52,593 bases of DNA from a virus (taxonomy: Duplodnaviria > Caudoviricetes), in the IMG/VR virus record IMGVR_UViG_3300017747_004549, positions 1 through 52,593 of that record; one strand, written 5' to 3'. The notes under the pieces are model-generated. The model made no database searches. It had not been told where the DNA came from and saw nothing but the letters and a program-made list of their open reading frames with translations. This document shows, piece after piece, positions 1 to 8,732 of this stretch (positions are counted from its first letter, which is position 1; each line of letters begins with the position of its first letter). A program made the translations under genes and the position numbers.

Positions 1-123
1 GGCGGCGCTTTCCTTGCTCGCCGGCATTGTGTAAGCCCAAGCGCCCGGCGGCCACGCCGCGAACGTCGGCTGCCACTGCGCGCCGGTTTCCTCATCCGCC
101 CATTCGCGCAGCCCCTCGCAGAA
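1..123. repeat. Terminal direct repeat (circular assembly overlap), copy 1
   Basis: Bases 1-123 are identical to 52471-52593. Confidence 0.97.
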
Positions 124-180
124 CGTCGAAAAACGGAACGCGATCAGATCGCCCACAATGCTTGCTTGGATCATCGCCAT
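1..180 (-). CDS. 5' part of the SNF2 helicase gene, spanning the circular junction
   Basis: ATG at 180 reads MAMIQASIVGDLIAFRFSTFCEGLREWADEETGAQWQPTFAAWPPGAWAYT then MPASKESAA, in frame with the ORF at 52497; it starts right after the stop of the upstream gene at 182-184. Confidence 0.85.
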   Translation of the reverse strand, partial: MAMIQASIVGDLIAFRFSTFCEGLREWADEETGAQWQPTFAAWPPGAWAYTMPASKESAA

Positions 181-181
181 T

Positions 182-802
182 TTATAGCCAGCTCCCGACG
201 GCGGCCTTGCCGACACAATCGGCGTAACAGTCGAGCAGCTTCCCGCCGGCGTCCAGAGCGCCGTCTAGTAGCCTTACCGTCGATGCTTTCGGGGGGCTCT
301 TGAGATTAGCCCGCAAGATCCCGTAAATCGTCGTTTCGCCGACGCCGCTCTTCTCGATCAGCTCCGCCACTTTGAGCACTCGCGCCGACTTCATCAGCCG
401 CGCCATCTTCCGGCCGAACACGGCCGCCGGATTGTCGCCGACGGCTTCGACCTCCGTCGGATTGCCGATAGCCGGCTTGGCTTTTTTCGCCGGCCGCGGC
501 CGGAGTGTCTTCGTTGCTGTCTTCGTTGCTGTTTTCTTCATGTCGAACCCCTCGAAAAATAATTGCCCGGCGACAGCGGGCGGTGAACGTCGCAGCCCCT
601 TACGGAGCCCAGTATCGCCGGCGAGCTGCCGGCGAACTTCATCCCGAAAAACCTTCTCAGGCCAGCAGCCTACATAGCTCCCGCAGTTGTGGAGGAACCA
701 TTGCCGGAGCTGCCGGCGTATCTCGCCGTCGCTCCGGCCGGCTTCCCGGCCGTTTTTAATTCGATTGGCGATCCGCTCCCGGAATCGATCGCGCCAGCTC
801 AT
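182..802 (-). CDS. XRE-type HTH DNA-binding protein; probable internal start at 541
   Basis: C-terminal half KVAELIEKSGVGETTIYGILR..P...TV..L..AL fits an XRE HTH; GAGGGG RBS precedes the in-frame ATG at 541 (MKKTATK). Confidence 0.65.
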   Translation of the reverse strand: MSWRDRFRERIANRIKNGREAGRSDGEIRRQLRQWFLHNCGSYVGCWPEKVFRDEVRRQLAGDTGLRKGLRRSPPAVAGQLFFEGFDMKKTATKTATKTLRPRPAKKAKPAIGNPTEVEAVGDNPAAVFGRKMARLMKSARVLKVAELIEKSGVGETTIYGILRANLKSPPKASTVRLLDGALDAGGKLLDCYADCVGKAAVGSWL

Positions 803-806
803 CGGC

Positions 807-1091
807 CTAGCCTTTCAACCAGTGACACAGGCCGGATTCGTCCGCCTGAGCCCCGGCGACATACCAGCGGCCGGTCTGAACTTCGACGGCGTCGATCGTC
901 CCCAGCGGATAGCCCAGGCGGGCAGCGACGCAAGCGGCCGCGATCGCTTGCTCTTCCGTTTCCATCCCGGCGAACGAAACGACCATGAACTCCGAAACGT
1001 TCCCGATGCTCGAATGGCTCATATTAAGCCGGATCCGGAACCCCCGGATCCATTGAGCATTTTCGATAAAGATCGCTTGCGAGTCGTACAC
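807..1091 (-). CDS. Small hypothetical protein (promoter-cassette gene)
   Basis: ORF preceded by AAAGGCTGAACAGTG and a cassette promoter. Confidence 0.7.
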   Translation of the reverse strand: MYDSQAIFIENAQWIRGFRIRLNMSHSSIGNVSEFMVVSFAGMETEEQAIAAACVAARLGYPLGTIDAVEVQTGRWYVAGAQADESGLCHWLKG

Positions 1092-1216
1092 TGTTCAGCC
1101 TTTCAATTCTGCCGGCCGTCTGTCGCCGCGATTTGCAGCGACCGGAAAAACAACCGACTTCCCGATTTTAGCAAGCCGCGATCGGCTTGCAACCCCAGAC
1201 CCCGAAAAATTCGGGA
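1092..1216 (-). promoter_or_regulatory. Promoter cassette 1
   Basis: TCCCGAATTTTTCGGGG palindrome, TTGCAA-16-TAAAAT, structured leader, GGCTGAA motif. Confidence 0.8.
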
Positions 1217-1420
1217 CTATTTCCGGCCGTAAGCCAGATCGGCGTCTTGCTTGATCCCGGCGACCAGTTGCCCGGCCTCGACTTCGCCGACGTTGGCGAT
1301 CAGCCGCCGCCGGCACTCTTCCAGCATCCGCCACTGAGCCGGCGTCAATTCGCTATCGTTCAGATCAGCGATCAGGCTTGCGAGAGTTGTCGGGGAAGCG
1401 ATCTTGTAAAATTCGTTCAT
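1217..1420 (-). CDS. Small hypothetical protein (cassette gene)
   Basis: 67 aa ORF after AAAGGGCTGAAACATG. Confidence 0.7.
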   Translation of the reverse strand: MNEFYKIASPTTLASLIADLNDSELTPAQWRMLEECRRRLIANVGEVEAGQLVAGIKQDADLAYGRK

Positions 1421-1550
1421 GTTTCAGCCCTTTCGATTCTGCCGGATGTTTCTCGCCGCGATTTGCGGCGAGCGGAAAAACAACCGACACACGTAATTTA
1501 TCGACTCCCGATAATTTCGGCAAGAGCAATTCCCGAAAATTTCGGGAATT
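1421..1550 (-). promoter_or_regulatory. Promoter cassette 2
   Basis: AATTCCCGAAATTTTCGGGAATT at 1528-1550; TTGCCG-17-TAAATT; structured leader 1441-1488. Confidence 0.85.
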
Positions 1551-1554
1551 ATTT

Positions 1555-1764
1555 TCAGATCAGCAGCGCGGCCCCGGAAACGTCGGCAATATTCCGGATC
1601 GACAGGACGGGATTCCGGATCCCCTCCGCGATCGCTCGCCGGCGATAAATGTCGGCGAGCTGTTCAGCGATCGCCGCGCTTGTCACGTGCCCCAGGAACG
1701 CCGGGCGGCCGTCCCGGGCGATCTGTTCCAGATCCGTCCGCTCGCAAATTACTTCCAGCAACAT
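1555..1764 (-). CDS. Small hypothetical protein
   Basis: 69 aa ORF with GAAAGGG upstream; fills the gap between cassettes. Confidence 0.55.
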   Translation of the reverse strand: MLLEVICERTDLEQIARDGRPAFLGHVTSAAIAEQLADIYRRRAIAEGIRNPVLSIRNIADVSGAALLI

Positions 1765-1783
1765 CGAAAAACCCTTTCATCCT

Positions 1784-1816
1784 AAAAGGAAGCCGGCCGG
1801 GGGAATCCCGGCCGGC
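1784..1816 (-). terminator. Intrinsic terminator
   Basis: GCCGGCCGGG-loop-CCCGGCCGGC followed by TTCCTTTT on the minus strand. Confidence 0.6.
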
Positions 1817-1825
1817 GTGATCGAC

Positions 1826-2116
1826 CTACTTCGCTTCCCAGATCTTGCGGGGGATCAGAAGAGCGTAATCGTCTCGGCATCGCTGGATCATTCCGCCGCC
1901 GGCGTACAGAATCCGGTTTGGTGATTTCGGATCCGGAGCGGCATACGTTGCGACGCCGCCCACAGTCCCCAGGATTTGCCCCTCGATCGACGCGACTTCC
2001 ATCCCGTGCGCGGCCGCCATCCGCTTACAATCGGTCAGCGTGCCGGACAGAACCACGTTGTCGAGCGTTGTCGCGATCAGGTCGAGCCCGTAATGCGAAG
2101 GATGGGTAATCAGCAT
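1826..2116 (-). CDS. Small hypothetical protein (cassette gene; starts MLITHPSHY)
   Basis: Start reassigned to the ATG after AAGGGCTGATTAAA; the longer ORF runs through the promoter. Confidence 0.7.
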   Translation of the reverse strand: MLITHPSHYGLDLIATTLDNVVLSGTLTDCKRMAAAHGMEVASIEGQILGTVGGVATYAAPDPKSPNRILYAGGGMIQRCRDDYALLIPRKIWEAK

Positions 2117-2247
2117 TTTAATCAGCCCTTGTCTTTGCCGGTCGTTTCTCGCCGCGATCGCGGCGAGCGGAAAAACAACCGACGGGCCAGATCTTAATCG
2201 AACCGCCGCGCGACTTGCAAGAGCAATTCCCGATATTTTCGGGAATT
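2117..2247 (-). promoter_or_regulatory. Promoter cassette 3
   Basis: AATTCCCGAAAATATCGGGAATT at 2225-2247; TTGCAA-18-TAAGAT; structured leader 2137-2183. Confidence 0.85.
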
Positions 2248-2258
2248 TATTTCCGCGC

Positions 2259-2293
2259 ATAAAAACGGCCGCGGGGTCGTCCTCCCGCGGCCG
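2259..2293 (-). terminator. Intrinsic terminator upstream of the cassette cluster
   Basis: CGGCCGCGGG-loop-CCCGCGGCCG followed by TTTTT. Confidence 0.75.
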
Positions 2294-2343
2294 CCGTTCC
2301 CGAACCGCGCCCAGGCCACGCGGTCGTTCTGCCGGTCGAAATT

Positions 2344-2991
2344 CTAGCCGGCTCGCTCTTCACTTTCCAGCCGGGCGAGCTCTTCCCTTTCCTCCGGAGT
2401 GTAGCCGGCGATTAGCTCATCCGCCGGGGGTTTCGCCTGGGGCTCCGCCGGGGGCGTATTGAGCCGCTGGGCGTTGCCGGGCAGCTCCGGCGACTCTCCG
2501 GCCGTTTTTTCGTCCCGGGGGCCCGGAACGGCCGTTTCCGGAGCTTTGGCGGGCAGCTTTTGCCCCTCCGTGCTGAACATCCGGCCGCCCAAGATCCGCT
2601 TCGCCTCTTCCAGCTTCTCCGCCCGGAACTTCTCCGGATCCGCCGCGAACCGCTTTGCTAGCTCGCCATTTTTCGCCGCCGCGAACATCGCCGCGGCATA
2701 TCTGGCCGCGCGAACCGCCTCCTCTTGCTTGGCTTTCGCCATCGCTTCCGCCTGGGCAGCTTCCGCGGCCGTCGGCACCTTCCACACGCCGGCGACGAAC
2801 ATCCACCCGCTGAGTGCCTGAGCAACCAGATCGACCGCCCAGCCCCTCCGCTCCGGATCTGTCCAATCTTGTTTGAGCTTCTCGACTTTCTGAACATCGA
2901 GCCACGATTCCTTCGCGATCTGCTCCGCCGTTCTCGCGTCGAGTTTCTCGACGTCAAAATCATCCGCCAAGTGCCCCAGGATCCTTGCCAT
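2344..2991 (-). CDS. Hypothetical protein (starts MARILGH)
   Basis: ORF with AGGAAAGG RBS; Ala/Glu-rich. Confidence 0.7.
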   Translation of the reverse strand: MARILGHLADDFDVEKLDARTAEQIAKESWLDVQKVEKLKQDWTDPERRGWAVDLVAQALSGWMFVAGVWKVPTAAEAAQAEAMAKAKQEEAVRAARYAAAMFAAAKNGELAKRFAADPEKFRAEKLEEAKRILGGRMFSTEGQKLPAKAPETAVPGPRDEKTAGESPELPGNAQRLNTPPAEPQAKPPADELIAGYTPEEREELARLESEERAG

Positions 2992-3041
2992 TGTGAAAAC
3001 CTTTCCTAAGAAACAACCAGCCCGCCGGCGAAGTGCCGGCG

Positions 3042-3455
3042 TCAATTCGATTTTTCAGCCCGCTCGATTGCTAGCCGGACCAGCCCGCCGGCCGGATCGA
3101 GCGGATCGATCGGCAGCCCGCCGGCGAGCGCCGCCGCGGCGGCCTTGATCGTCCCCAACCAGTCGGCCGCCGCCCCTTCGAGCAACCACCCGCGGATCGT
3201 CGCGAAATTTTCACGACAGCCGGCCGGGCCCCATTCGTTCATTTGTGCGATTCTCGCCGGACAGTCGCAGCCGGGGAAATCGCCAACCCCCAGATCCCGC
3301 AGGATCGCCCGGAGCTGCGACCCCGGCCCCGTCGTCAGCTTGCCGGAGCTGCAGCGCGCGACCACCTTCCGCGGCGGATGCTTCGTGATGATTTCGCGGC
3401 CGCACTTCCGGCAGCGAACCTTACCAGCTTCGAGCTGTTCAAAGTCGCATCGCAT
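3042..3455 (-). CDS. Cys-rich hypothetical protein at the end of the tail-tip cluster
   Basis: CRKC, GPGSQL..IL, GCDC..R..QMNEWG..GC; adjoins the upstream gene. Confidence 0.65.
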   Translation of the reverse strand: MRCDFEQLEAGKVRCRKCGREIITKHPPRKVVARCSSGKLTTGPGSQLRAILRDLGVGDFPGCDCPARIAQMNEWGPAGCRENFATIRGWLLEGAAADWLGTIKAAAAALAGGLPIDPLDPAGGLVRLAIERAEKSN

Positions 3456-3456
3456 T

Positions 3457-4158
3457 TTAGAGCGCCAAAACATCCAGGGGGGTTATCAGATCGTAATAGC
3501 AAGAGTCAACCAGATCTTCGATCGGCGTTCCCATAAACGTACCTTTTGAAACATACTCAGCGTCCGTGATCGCTTCGCTGATCGTCGTGCAGTCCGGCGC
3601 TGTGCTGCCTAGATTTTTCAGCCATTCATAGGACGTTCCGGAACCGCTCGCCGACGGAACAAAATCGGAAAATGTTAGCTTGATATACAAATAATAATCG
3701 CCGTCCGACGCCAGCGCGACCCGCACTTCCCAGCCGTAATACATCACGTCCGCGAAGGTGTTGGTGACGCAGGGGAGAGTTTCGGGATTGTCATCAATCG
3801 CCAGCTTCCAGCAGCAGGTATCCGCCCAATCAAATTCAGCCAGAACCGTTTCGACGCCGTCGGTTAGATAACTAACATCCCAGCTAGTGCCGGAGTCGCA
3901 AGCGGCGCGAGTTAAAACATAAGTCCCGGAAAGATCTTGGCAGTCGGCATCGTCGCAACCGTTGATTGTCGCCCCGGCGTTCCCAGTCGCGAGCGCGGCG
4001 TCAACGTCAAGCTGGATTTCGTCGGGGGAATCAGGGTCGCAGATTCCGCACGGCTCCGGCGGGCAAGTGTAGTTGCAACAAGGATCGTCTTCCGTCCCGT
4101 CGATCCAGTCGCCATCTTCGTTGGTCGCGGGGAGCTCATCAATTAGCATTACCGTCAT
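3457..4158 (-). CDS. Cys/Asp-rich putative virion tail-tip protein
   Basis: DDPCCNYTC..CGIC N-terminus, acidic and beta-rich; follows the large tail gene. Confidence 0.55.
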   Translation of the reverse strand: MTVMLIDELPATNEDGDWIDGTEDDPCCNYTCPPEPCGICDPDSPDEIQLDVDAALATGNAGATINGCDDADCQDLSGTYVLTRAACDSGTSWDVSYLTDGVETVLAEFDWADTCCWKLAIDDNPETLPCVTNTFADVMYYGWEVRVALASDGDYYLYIKLTFSDFVPSASGSGTSYEWLKNLGSTAPDCTTISEAITDAEYVSKGTFMGTPIEDLVDSCYYDLITPLDVLAL

Positions 4159-4169
4159 CGATCGTTATC

Positions 4170-6641
4170 CTATGGCGGAGTACATGGCGCGGCCGTCAAG
4201 ATCGTTTCCCAGGCCGGCGTTTCAGCGGAGCACAATTCGAGCGCCGCCGTGACGCGCTTCATTTCCAGTTTTCGCGAAGCGTAGCGGGCATCGATAACAA
4301 CGGCCGTCGGATGCAACGCCACGTCGACCACTTGCCACCCGCCCATCCAATTCAAAACCACTTGATCGCCGGCGATCCCGTAATGTCCTCGCGGATTTGT
4401 TGCCGTTGTCGGCAGCGGATCCGGCGCAAGATTGAACGGCGACGGGCTTGTCGGCAAAAATGAACCTTCGACCAGCGTCGCCGCGCTCCCGCACATATTT
4501 TCCGCCAGTGTCGCCGTTGCCGTGATGCAAATTTGCTGGCAGTTAGTCACTTTCCAGTAATTTTGCGATCCGGCAAACTCGCAGCGCGTCGCCTTGAACA
4601 GCGCGCCGTCCGCCCAGCGCGGAAAAAAACCTTGATCGTCGTGAAGCGTGATCGTCTCGCCGGGCCATTTTCCTTGCTCCCAGGCGGCCGTAACCGTTCC
4701 CGTTGCTATCGATCCCGACGGCGTCCCGGATATATAGCCCTCGCATTCCCAGGCCAGGGTTTCCATCCAGATAATTTCGTACGTCGGGAGCGTCTGAACC
4801 ACTCCGCCCGGGAGCGTTCCCCAGATCGTCGTCGGGCCCGTCGTCACCGTTGTATTGCTGCGGAACTGCGCGAAGCCCTCGATATAAACGGGATCATCTT
4901 CGCTGTCGGATCCCAGCAGCCCGGACCCAAGCGCCGGCGCTTGCCACATCCCGCGCGGCGTGGAATACCAGTCGGCGACGATGATATTCCCGCCGACGGC
5001 GTCGTAGTTGCCGGTCGTTGCGTTGTACTGGATTTGCGTCGCCAGCGCCGAACCGTTGGGCGTCAGCGGCGTAAGTAGCCGGAACTGGATTAGATTTGTT
5101 GGCGACGTGCTGCGCACGACATAAAGCGGCAGCCGAACGCCGCCGTATTCGTGCAAGCCGGACAATCTCGCCGGCCCGTAAAAATCCCCGTTTTTCGCGG
5201 GAACAGCTCCGCGCTTTGTGGCGTAGTCATCGACTAGCAAGATCCAGCATTTTTCCAGCCGTTCCATGCTGCCGGCGACCACCCGGCGAACGTAGCCCGG
5301 ATGAACGCCGGAGCTGTTCGCCTGAATCATCCCGCCGGATGTTTGCGAGCTATCGTAAACCTCGACAATATTCGGCAGCCGGGGGTAATTCGGCAACGTC
5401 CGCCGCGCGGTATCGAGCGGCGCAAAGTTTTCGCCCTCGAAATCGATCCCGCCGGCCCCGGCGTCGATCGCGAAGTCCGGCAGATCGACCGGCATTCCGG
5501 GATATTTGAGCACTTCCGTCAACAGCCCGTCGCCCAGATCCCGAATGATCGTTTCCCGGATCGAATCATTTGGCAGCCAGCTTTTTTGAATCCCCTTCAA
5601 GAGCACGTGGGCGCGGCTTAGGGCTTCCGCCCCGTTGGCGAGCAACCACCCGTCGGCGAGCTCTTGCGCCGTCGCTTTCATTTCCGGCAGATTCAGAAAC
5701 GTATCGCGCGTACGATGTTTGACGACGGCCGGCGTTGACGCCCACACTGTCGCGATTGTCCCTTTGATCGGCTCCGGCGTCCGCGTCGGAATGTCAAGCC
5801 ACGTGATCGAGTTGCTTGTCGCCCAGTTGCTCGCGGCCGTCGTGTCGGCTTCCGTCCCGTAGTCTTCCAGCCGCTTCGCGAAATAAACCCGGATTTTTTC
5901 GGGAGCAACGGCCGCCGGCGGGCTCCACGGCCGGGCGTCGTATTCCAGATCGGCCGCCACTTCCTTGTCGAGCGGCGTCGCGTCGATCGCCAGCTTCCGG
6001 ATTGAATAGGTATCGGCTTCCGGATCGTAAACGATCGTCCGGCTCGCCTGGGCGACCACTTCGTTCAGAAACCGCCAAGCATTATTCCCGGAGTTATACA
6101 GATCTTCCGGCGGCGGGCTTTTGATCCCGGCGACGTTGCGGAAAGCGCCCAGGCCGACAACGTCGCCCCATAGCAGCTTGAGTAGCTCGTTCCACGTGTA
6201 GGGCGTCCGCGCGGCCTTCACCGTTTCGCGGACGTAAAAACGATCGGGATCCCCGCCGGCCCAATTGCGACAATTCAGCGCCCGGACGCTAGTCGACCAC
6301 CGATTGAGGAAATATCGCCAGTCCACAACCCGGCATAGGTAAGCGGCGTCGGGATCGTCCGGCCGGCCGCCGGGATTCGCGCGGTGCGCAGCAATCACCC
6401 AGACCTTGCGAAGCTTGATTTTTTTTCCGCCGGCGCTGAACACCAGCTCGACCGGCCCGCCCTTGCGCAGTCCGGCTCGATTCAGATCCCGCCGGAGCAT
6501 CAGGACGTATCCCGATCCGTGCGACGCGCCGACCACGAACCGAAAGCTATTTGCCTTTCCGGCCGCCAGCGGATAAAGATCAGGATCCGCGACCAGCGCC
6601 GGAAAACCGCCCAGCGTCACCACGTTGGAAAACTCAGGCAT
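4170..6641 (-). CDS. Large putative tail-tip / baseplate-hub protein (823 aa)
   Basis: Length, Thr/Gly-rich beta C-terminus and context; no recognisable catalytic motif. Confidence 0.55.
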   Translation of the reverse strand: MPEFSNVVTLGGFPALVADPDLYPLAAGKANSFRFVVGASHGSGYVLMLRRDLNRAGLRKGGPVELVFSAGGKKIKLRKVWVIAAHRANPGGRPDDPDAAYLCRVVDWRYFLNRWSTSVRALNCRNWAGGDPDRFYVRETVKAARTPYTWNELLKLLWGDVVGLGAFRNVAGIKSPPPEDLYNSGNNAWRFLNEVVAQASRTIVYDPEADTYSIRKLAIDATPLDKEVAADLEYDARPWSPPAAVAPEKIRVYFAKRLEDYGTEADTTAASNWATSNSITWLDIPTRTPEPIKGTIATVWASTPAVVKHRTRDTFLNLPEMKATAQELADGWLLANGAEALSRAHVLLKGIQKSWLPNDSIRETIIRDLGDGLLTEVLKYPGMPVDLPDFAIDAGAGGIDFEGENFAPLDTARRTLPNYPRLPNIVEVYDSSQTSGGMIQANSSGVHPGYVRRVVAGSMERLEKCWILLVDDYATKRGAVPAKNGDFYGPARLSGLHEYGGVRLPLYVVRSTSPTNLIQFRLLTPLTPNGSALATQIQYNATTGNYDAVGGNIIVADWYSTPRGMWQAPALGSGLLGSDSEDDPVYIEGFAQFRSNTTVTTGPTTIWGTLPGGVVQTLPTYEIIWMETLAWECEGYISGTPSGSIATGTVTAAWEQGKWPGETITLHDDQGFFPRWADGALFKATRCEFAGSQNYWKVTNCQQICITATATLAENMCGSAATLVEGSFLPTSPSPFNLAPDPLPTTATNPRGHYGIAGDQVVLNWMGGWQVVDVALHPTAVVIDARYASRKLEMKRVTAALELCSAETPAWETILTAAPCTPP

Positions 6642-6912
6642 TTTTACCTCGGCTCAGAACACGAAAGCCGGCCGGCAAGTCGTCCGGGATTCCAGGGACC
6701 GGATCGCCGGCGGGATGGATTGCGAAACGCCCCTCGGTTCCGTCGGGGCTGCAAGCTGCCCCGTTCAGGTCAAGCCCAATCGGCAGACCTACAAAACGCA
6801 TCGGCTTCCCGCATTGCTCGCAGTGAATCTTAATGTCGACGGAAAATCGGCCTATATCTTCCAGGCGAGCAACCGACGCATTGACAAAAAACTGTTCATG
6901 TTTGCAAGTCAT
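6634..6912 (-). CDS. Small hypothetical protein with CxH and CxxC
   Basis: 92 aa ORF overlapping the start of the next gene. Confidence 0.6.
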   Translation of the reverse strand: MTCKHEQFFVNASVARLEDIGRFSVDIKIHCEQCGKPMRFVGLPIGLDLNGAACSPDGTEGRFAIHPAGDPVPGIPDDLPAGFRVLSRGKNA

Positions 6913-6939
6913 CAGATCGCCAAACTCCCCGGCGGATTG

Positions 6940-7137
6940 TCATAAGTTATTTTCTGCCGTTTCTTTCGCGGCTTCCGCGGCTTCCTTGCTGGAATGCGAA
7001 GATATTACCTTCCCAGTGATATCCTCGACCGTCCAGAGCAGCGTTGTTTCTTCCGGAGCATTTAGCCCGCCCTTGCGAAAATGCTCAGGATCGAGCGGCT
7101 CGACGATCAAAAACGGCCGGTAAAATTTCTTGCTCAT
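6940..7137 (-). CDS. Small hypothetical protein (starts MSKKFY)
   Basis: ATGA overlap with the MuF stop. Confidence 0.55.
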   Translation of the reverse strand: MSKKFYRPFLIVEPLDPEHFRKGGLNAPEETTLLWTVEDITGKVISSHSSKEAAEAAKETAENNL

Positions 7138-8138
7138 GCTGCAATTCTCCGCCAGCTTTCCGACGGCAGGAACGGGGGCCACTCGACAAATTGCCGCGGC
7201 GGCTCGATCCCCGTTTCGAGCCATTGTTGCGCAAACCGAACGCCCTTAGCGGCCGCCCGGCGAACCGTTAGCGGATTCCAGCCGCAACGACAATTCCAGT
7301 CCCATGGCGGCCGGAACATCGCCCAGACCGGATCTGATTTGTGATAAATATTTGTCCCGTCCAATCCCAGGAACTCCAGGGCTAAATGCTCCGGCCGGGC
7401 GCGATCGTCGCGGATCGGATAATAGGCGCGATACGGGAAAGCGTCGGCAACGAACGGATCCGCCAGGGCAGCTTCGCCGCCGTCGCTGTAGGCGCTGTTT
7501 ACATTGTTCCGAAAAACTTGCTCGACGTGATGTTCGGCAAGCGGCAACGTCGGGAGCTCATCCCGGACCCTCGCCAAAAAATCGGTCCGGCTCGTTTTCT
7601 CGAACACGTTTTCAGCCAGGATCCCGCGGAGCTGTTCGATCGTGTCGCGCTGGATCGCTCCGGAAACCGTGAACGCATTAGCGCGGGCGCTGGAAGCCAT
7701 GCTGTAGAAAGTTTGCGGCGCGAGTGCTTCGGCCGTCGTGAGCTTTTGGAACGCGCTGTCGATAATCGGAAAATCGACTTTCGGCCCGGGCCCGTCCGGC
7801 GGATAGAACGCGAACCGGACGTCCCGCGGGGGGATCAGCGGCGGCCCGCCGGGATTCGCTCGCGCGAGCGGCGCGACAATGCCGGAACTGCCCAGGACGT
7901 AGCCGGCGACAGTCGAATCATAAACCGCGGCTTCGAGCTCGAAAGAAAACCGGCGGACTATTTCGAGTAGCCCGTCGGTCAAGCTGATCGCCTGGGGATT
8001 CGCGAACCGATCCAGCGCCGCCAGGACAGCGGCCGCGAAGCCGCGCGCGATCGCCGCGCCGGCTTCGCTGCCGGCGTCGATCAGCTCGTCCGCTTTCGCA
8101 CTCCGCGCGCTCTTGGCCATTATTGAGACTCCGGCCAC
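7134..8138 (-). CDS. MuF / SPP1 gp7-like head morphogenesis protein
   Basis: AFTVSG, VFRNNVNSAY, PYRAY..IRDDRARPEH and PPWDWNCRC motifs. Confidence 0.88.
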   Translation of the reverse strand: MAGVSIMAKSARSAKADELIDAGSEAGAAIARGFAAAVLAALDRFANPQAISLTDGLLEIVRRFSFELEAAVYDSTVAGYVLGSSGIVAPLARANPGGPPLIPPRDVRFAFYPPDGPGPKVDFPIIDSAFQKLTTAEALAPQTFYSMASSARANAFTVSGAIQRDTIEQLRGILAENVFEKTSRTDFLARVRDELPTLPLAEHHVEQVFRNNVNSAYSDGGEAALADPFVADAFPYRAYYPIRDDRARPEHLALEFLGLDGTNIYHKSDPVWAMFRPPWDWNCRCGWNPLTVRRAAAKGVRFAQQWLETGIEPPRQFVEWPPFLPSESWRRIAA

Positions 8139-8380
8139 GTGCTGCGCTTGTGACGTAAAAGCGACTGGATCAGGTTGTCGACGGCGCGCGGCGTCTTGAG
8201 CCGAAAAACAAGATCGGCGACAACCCCGGGCGAGAATTCTACTTTTAGACTCAGGGCGACCGCTTCCGGCGGCCCCGATCCGTCCTGATTGTTACACCAA
8301 TCGCCGACGGTATAGCTAACAATTCGCAGCCCTTCGAGCGCGACGCGCCGCGAGCTTACGGGGGGGATTCGCTTAGCCAT
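8120..8380 (-). CDS. Small hypothetical protein
   Basis: 86 aa ORF coupled to its neighbours. Confidence 0.55.
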   Translation of the reverse strand: MAKRIPPVSSRRVALEGLRIVSYTVGDWCNNQDGSGPPEAVALSLKVEFSPGVVADLVFRLKTPRAVDNLIQSLLRHKRSTWPESQ

Positions 8381-8732
8381 TGCGTTCTTTCTCCGGCTTG
8401 CTAGTTTGACCGACCAGGGGCCCTTCGCCTAGATCGCAGAACCTTTCCCGTAGCTCCGGTGATCCCAGCCCGCCGGGCGTCGCGATCGCGACCGAACCCG
8501 GCCGGCAGCTCCGGAGCACAGCGCCCAGCGACGCGCCCGGCGTTTGGATCGCGATCTTCGACCCGCAGGCGAACAAAGTAAATTCCTGAGTAAACATCGC
8601 GCCGACGTTTGACCGGCCGCAAACCGGGCAGCGCAGGAACAGCTCCGACAGATACCAGCCGACCCGGACCCGATCGACCCAGCGATCCGGCAGGTTTGCG
8701 GCTTCGATCGATTCGCTTTGACCATCACTCAT
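8373..8732 (-). CDS. Hypothetical protein with CPVCG
   Basis: ATGA overlap with the MTase stop; start MSDGQ. Confidence 0.5.
   Translation of the reverse strand: MSDGQSESIEAANLPDRWVDRVRVGWYLSELFLRCPVCGRSNVGAMFTQEFTLFACGSKIAIQTPGASLGAVLRSCRPGSVAIATPGGLGSPELRERFCDLGEGPLVGQTSKPEKERNG

Noticed and set aside
1-123. Biological terminal repeat or att site
   Set aside because: It falls inside the helicase ORF and is best explained as circular assembly overlap
1826-2260. ORF-track N-termini such as MRGNKFPKISGIA
   Set aside because: These are translations of the promoter palindrome; the real start follows the GGCTGA motif
2313-2322. CGCGTGGCCT shared with the region after the capsid gene (about 26791-26800), considered as a ribozyme fragment
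   Set aside because: Only 10 nt in GC-rich DNA, and I could not build a pistol or hammerhead core
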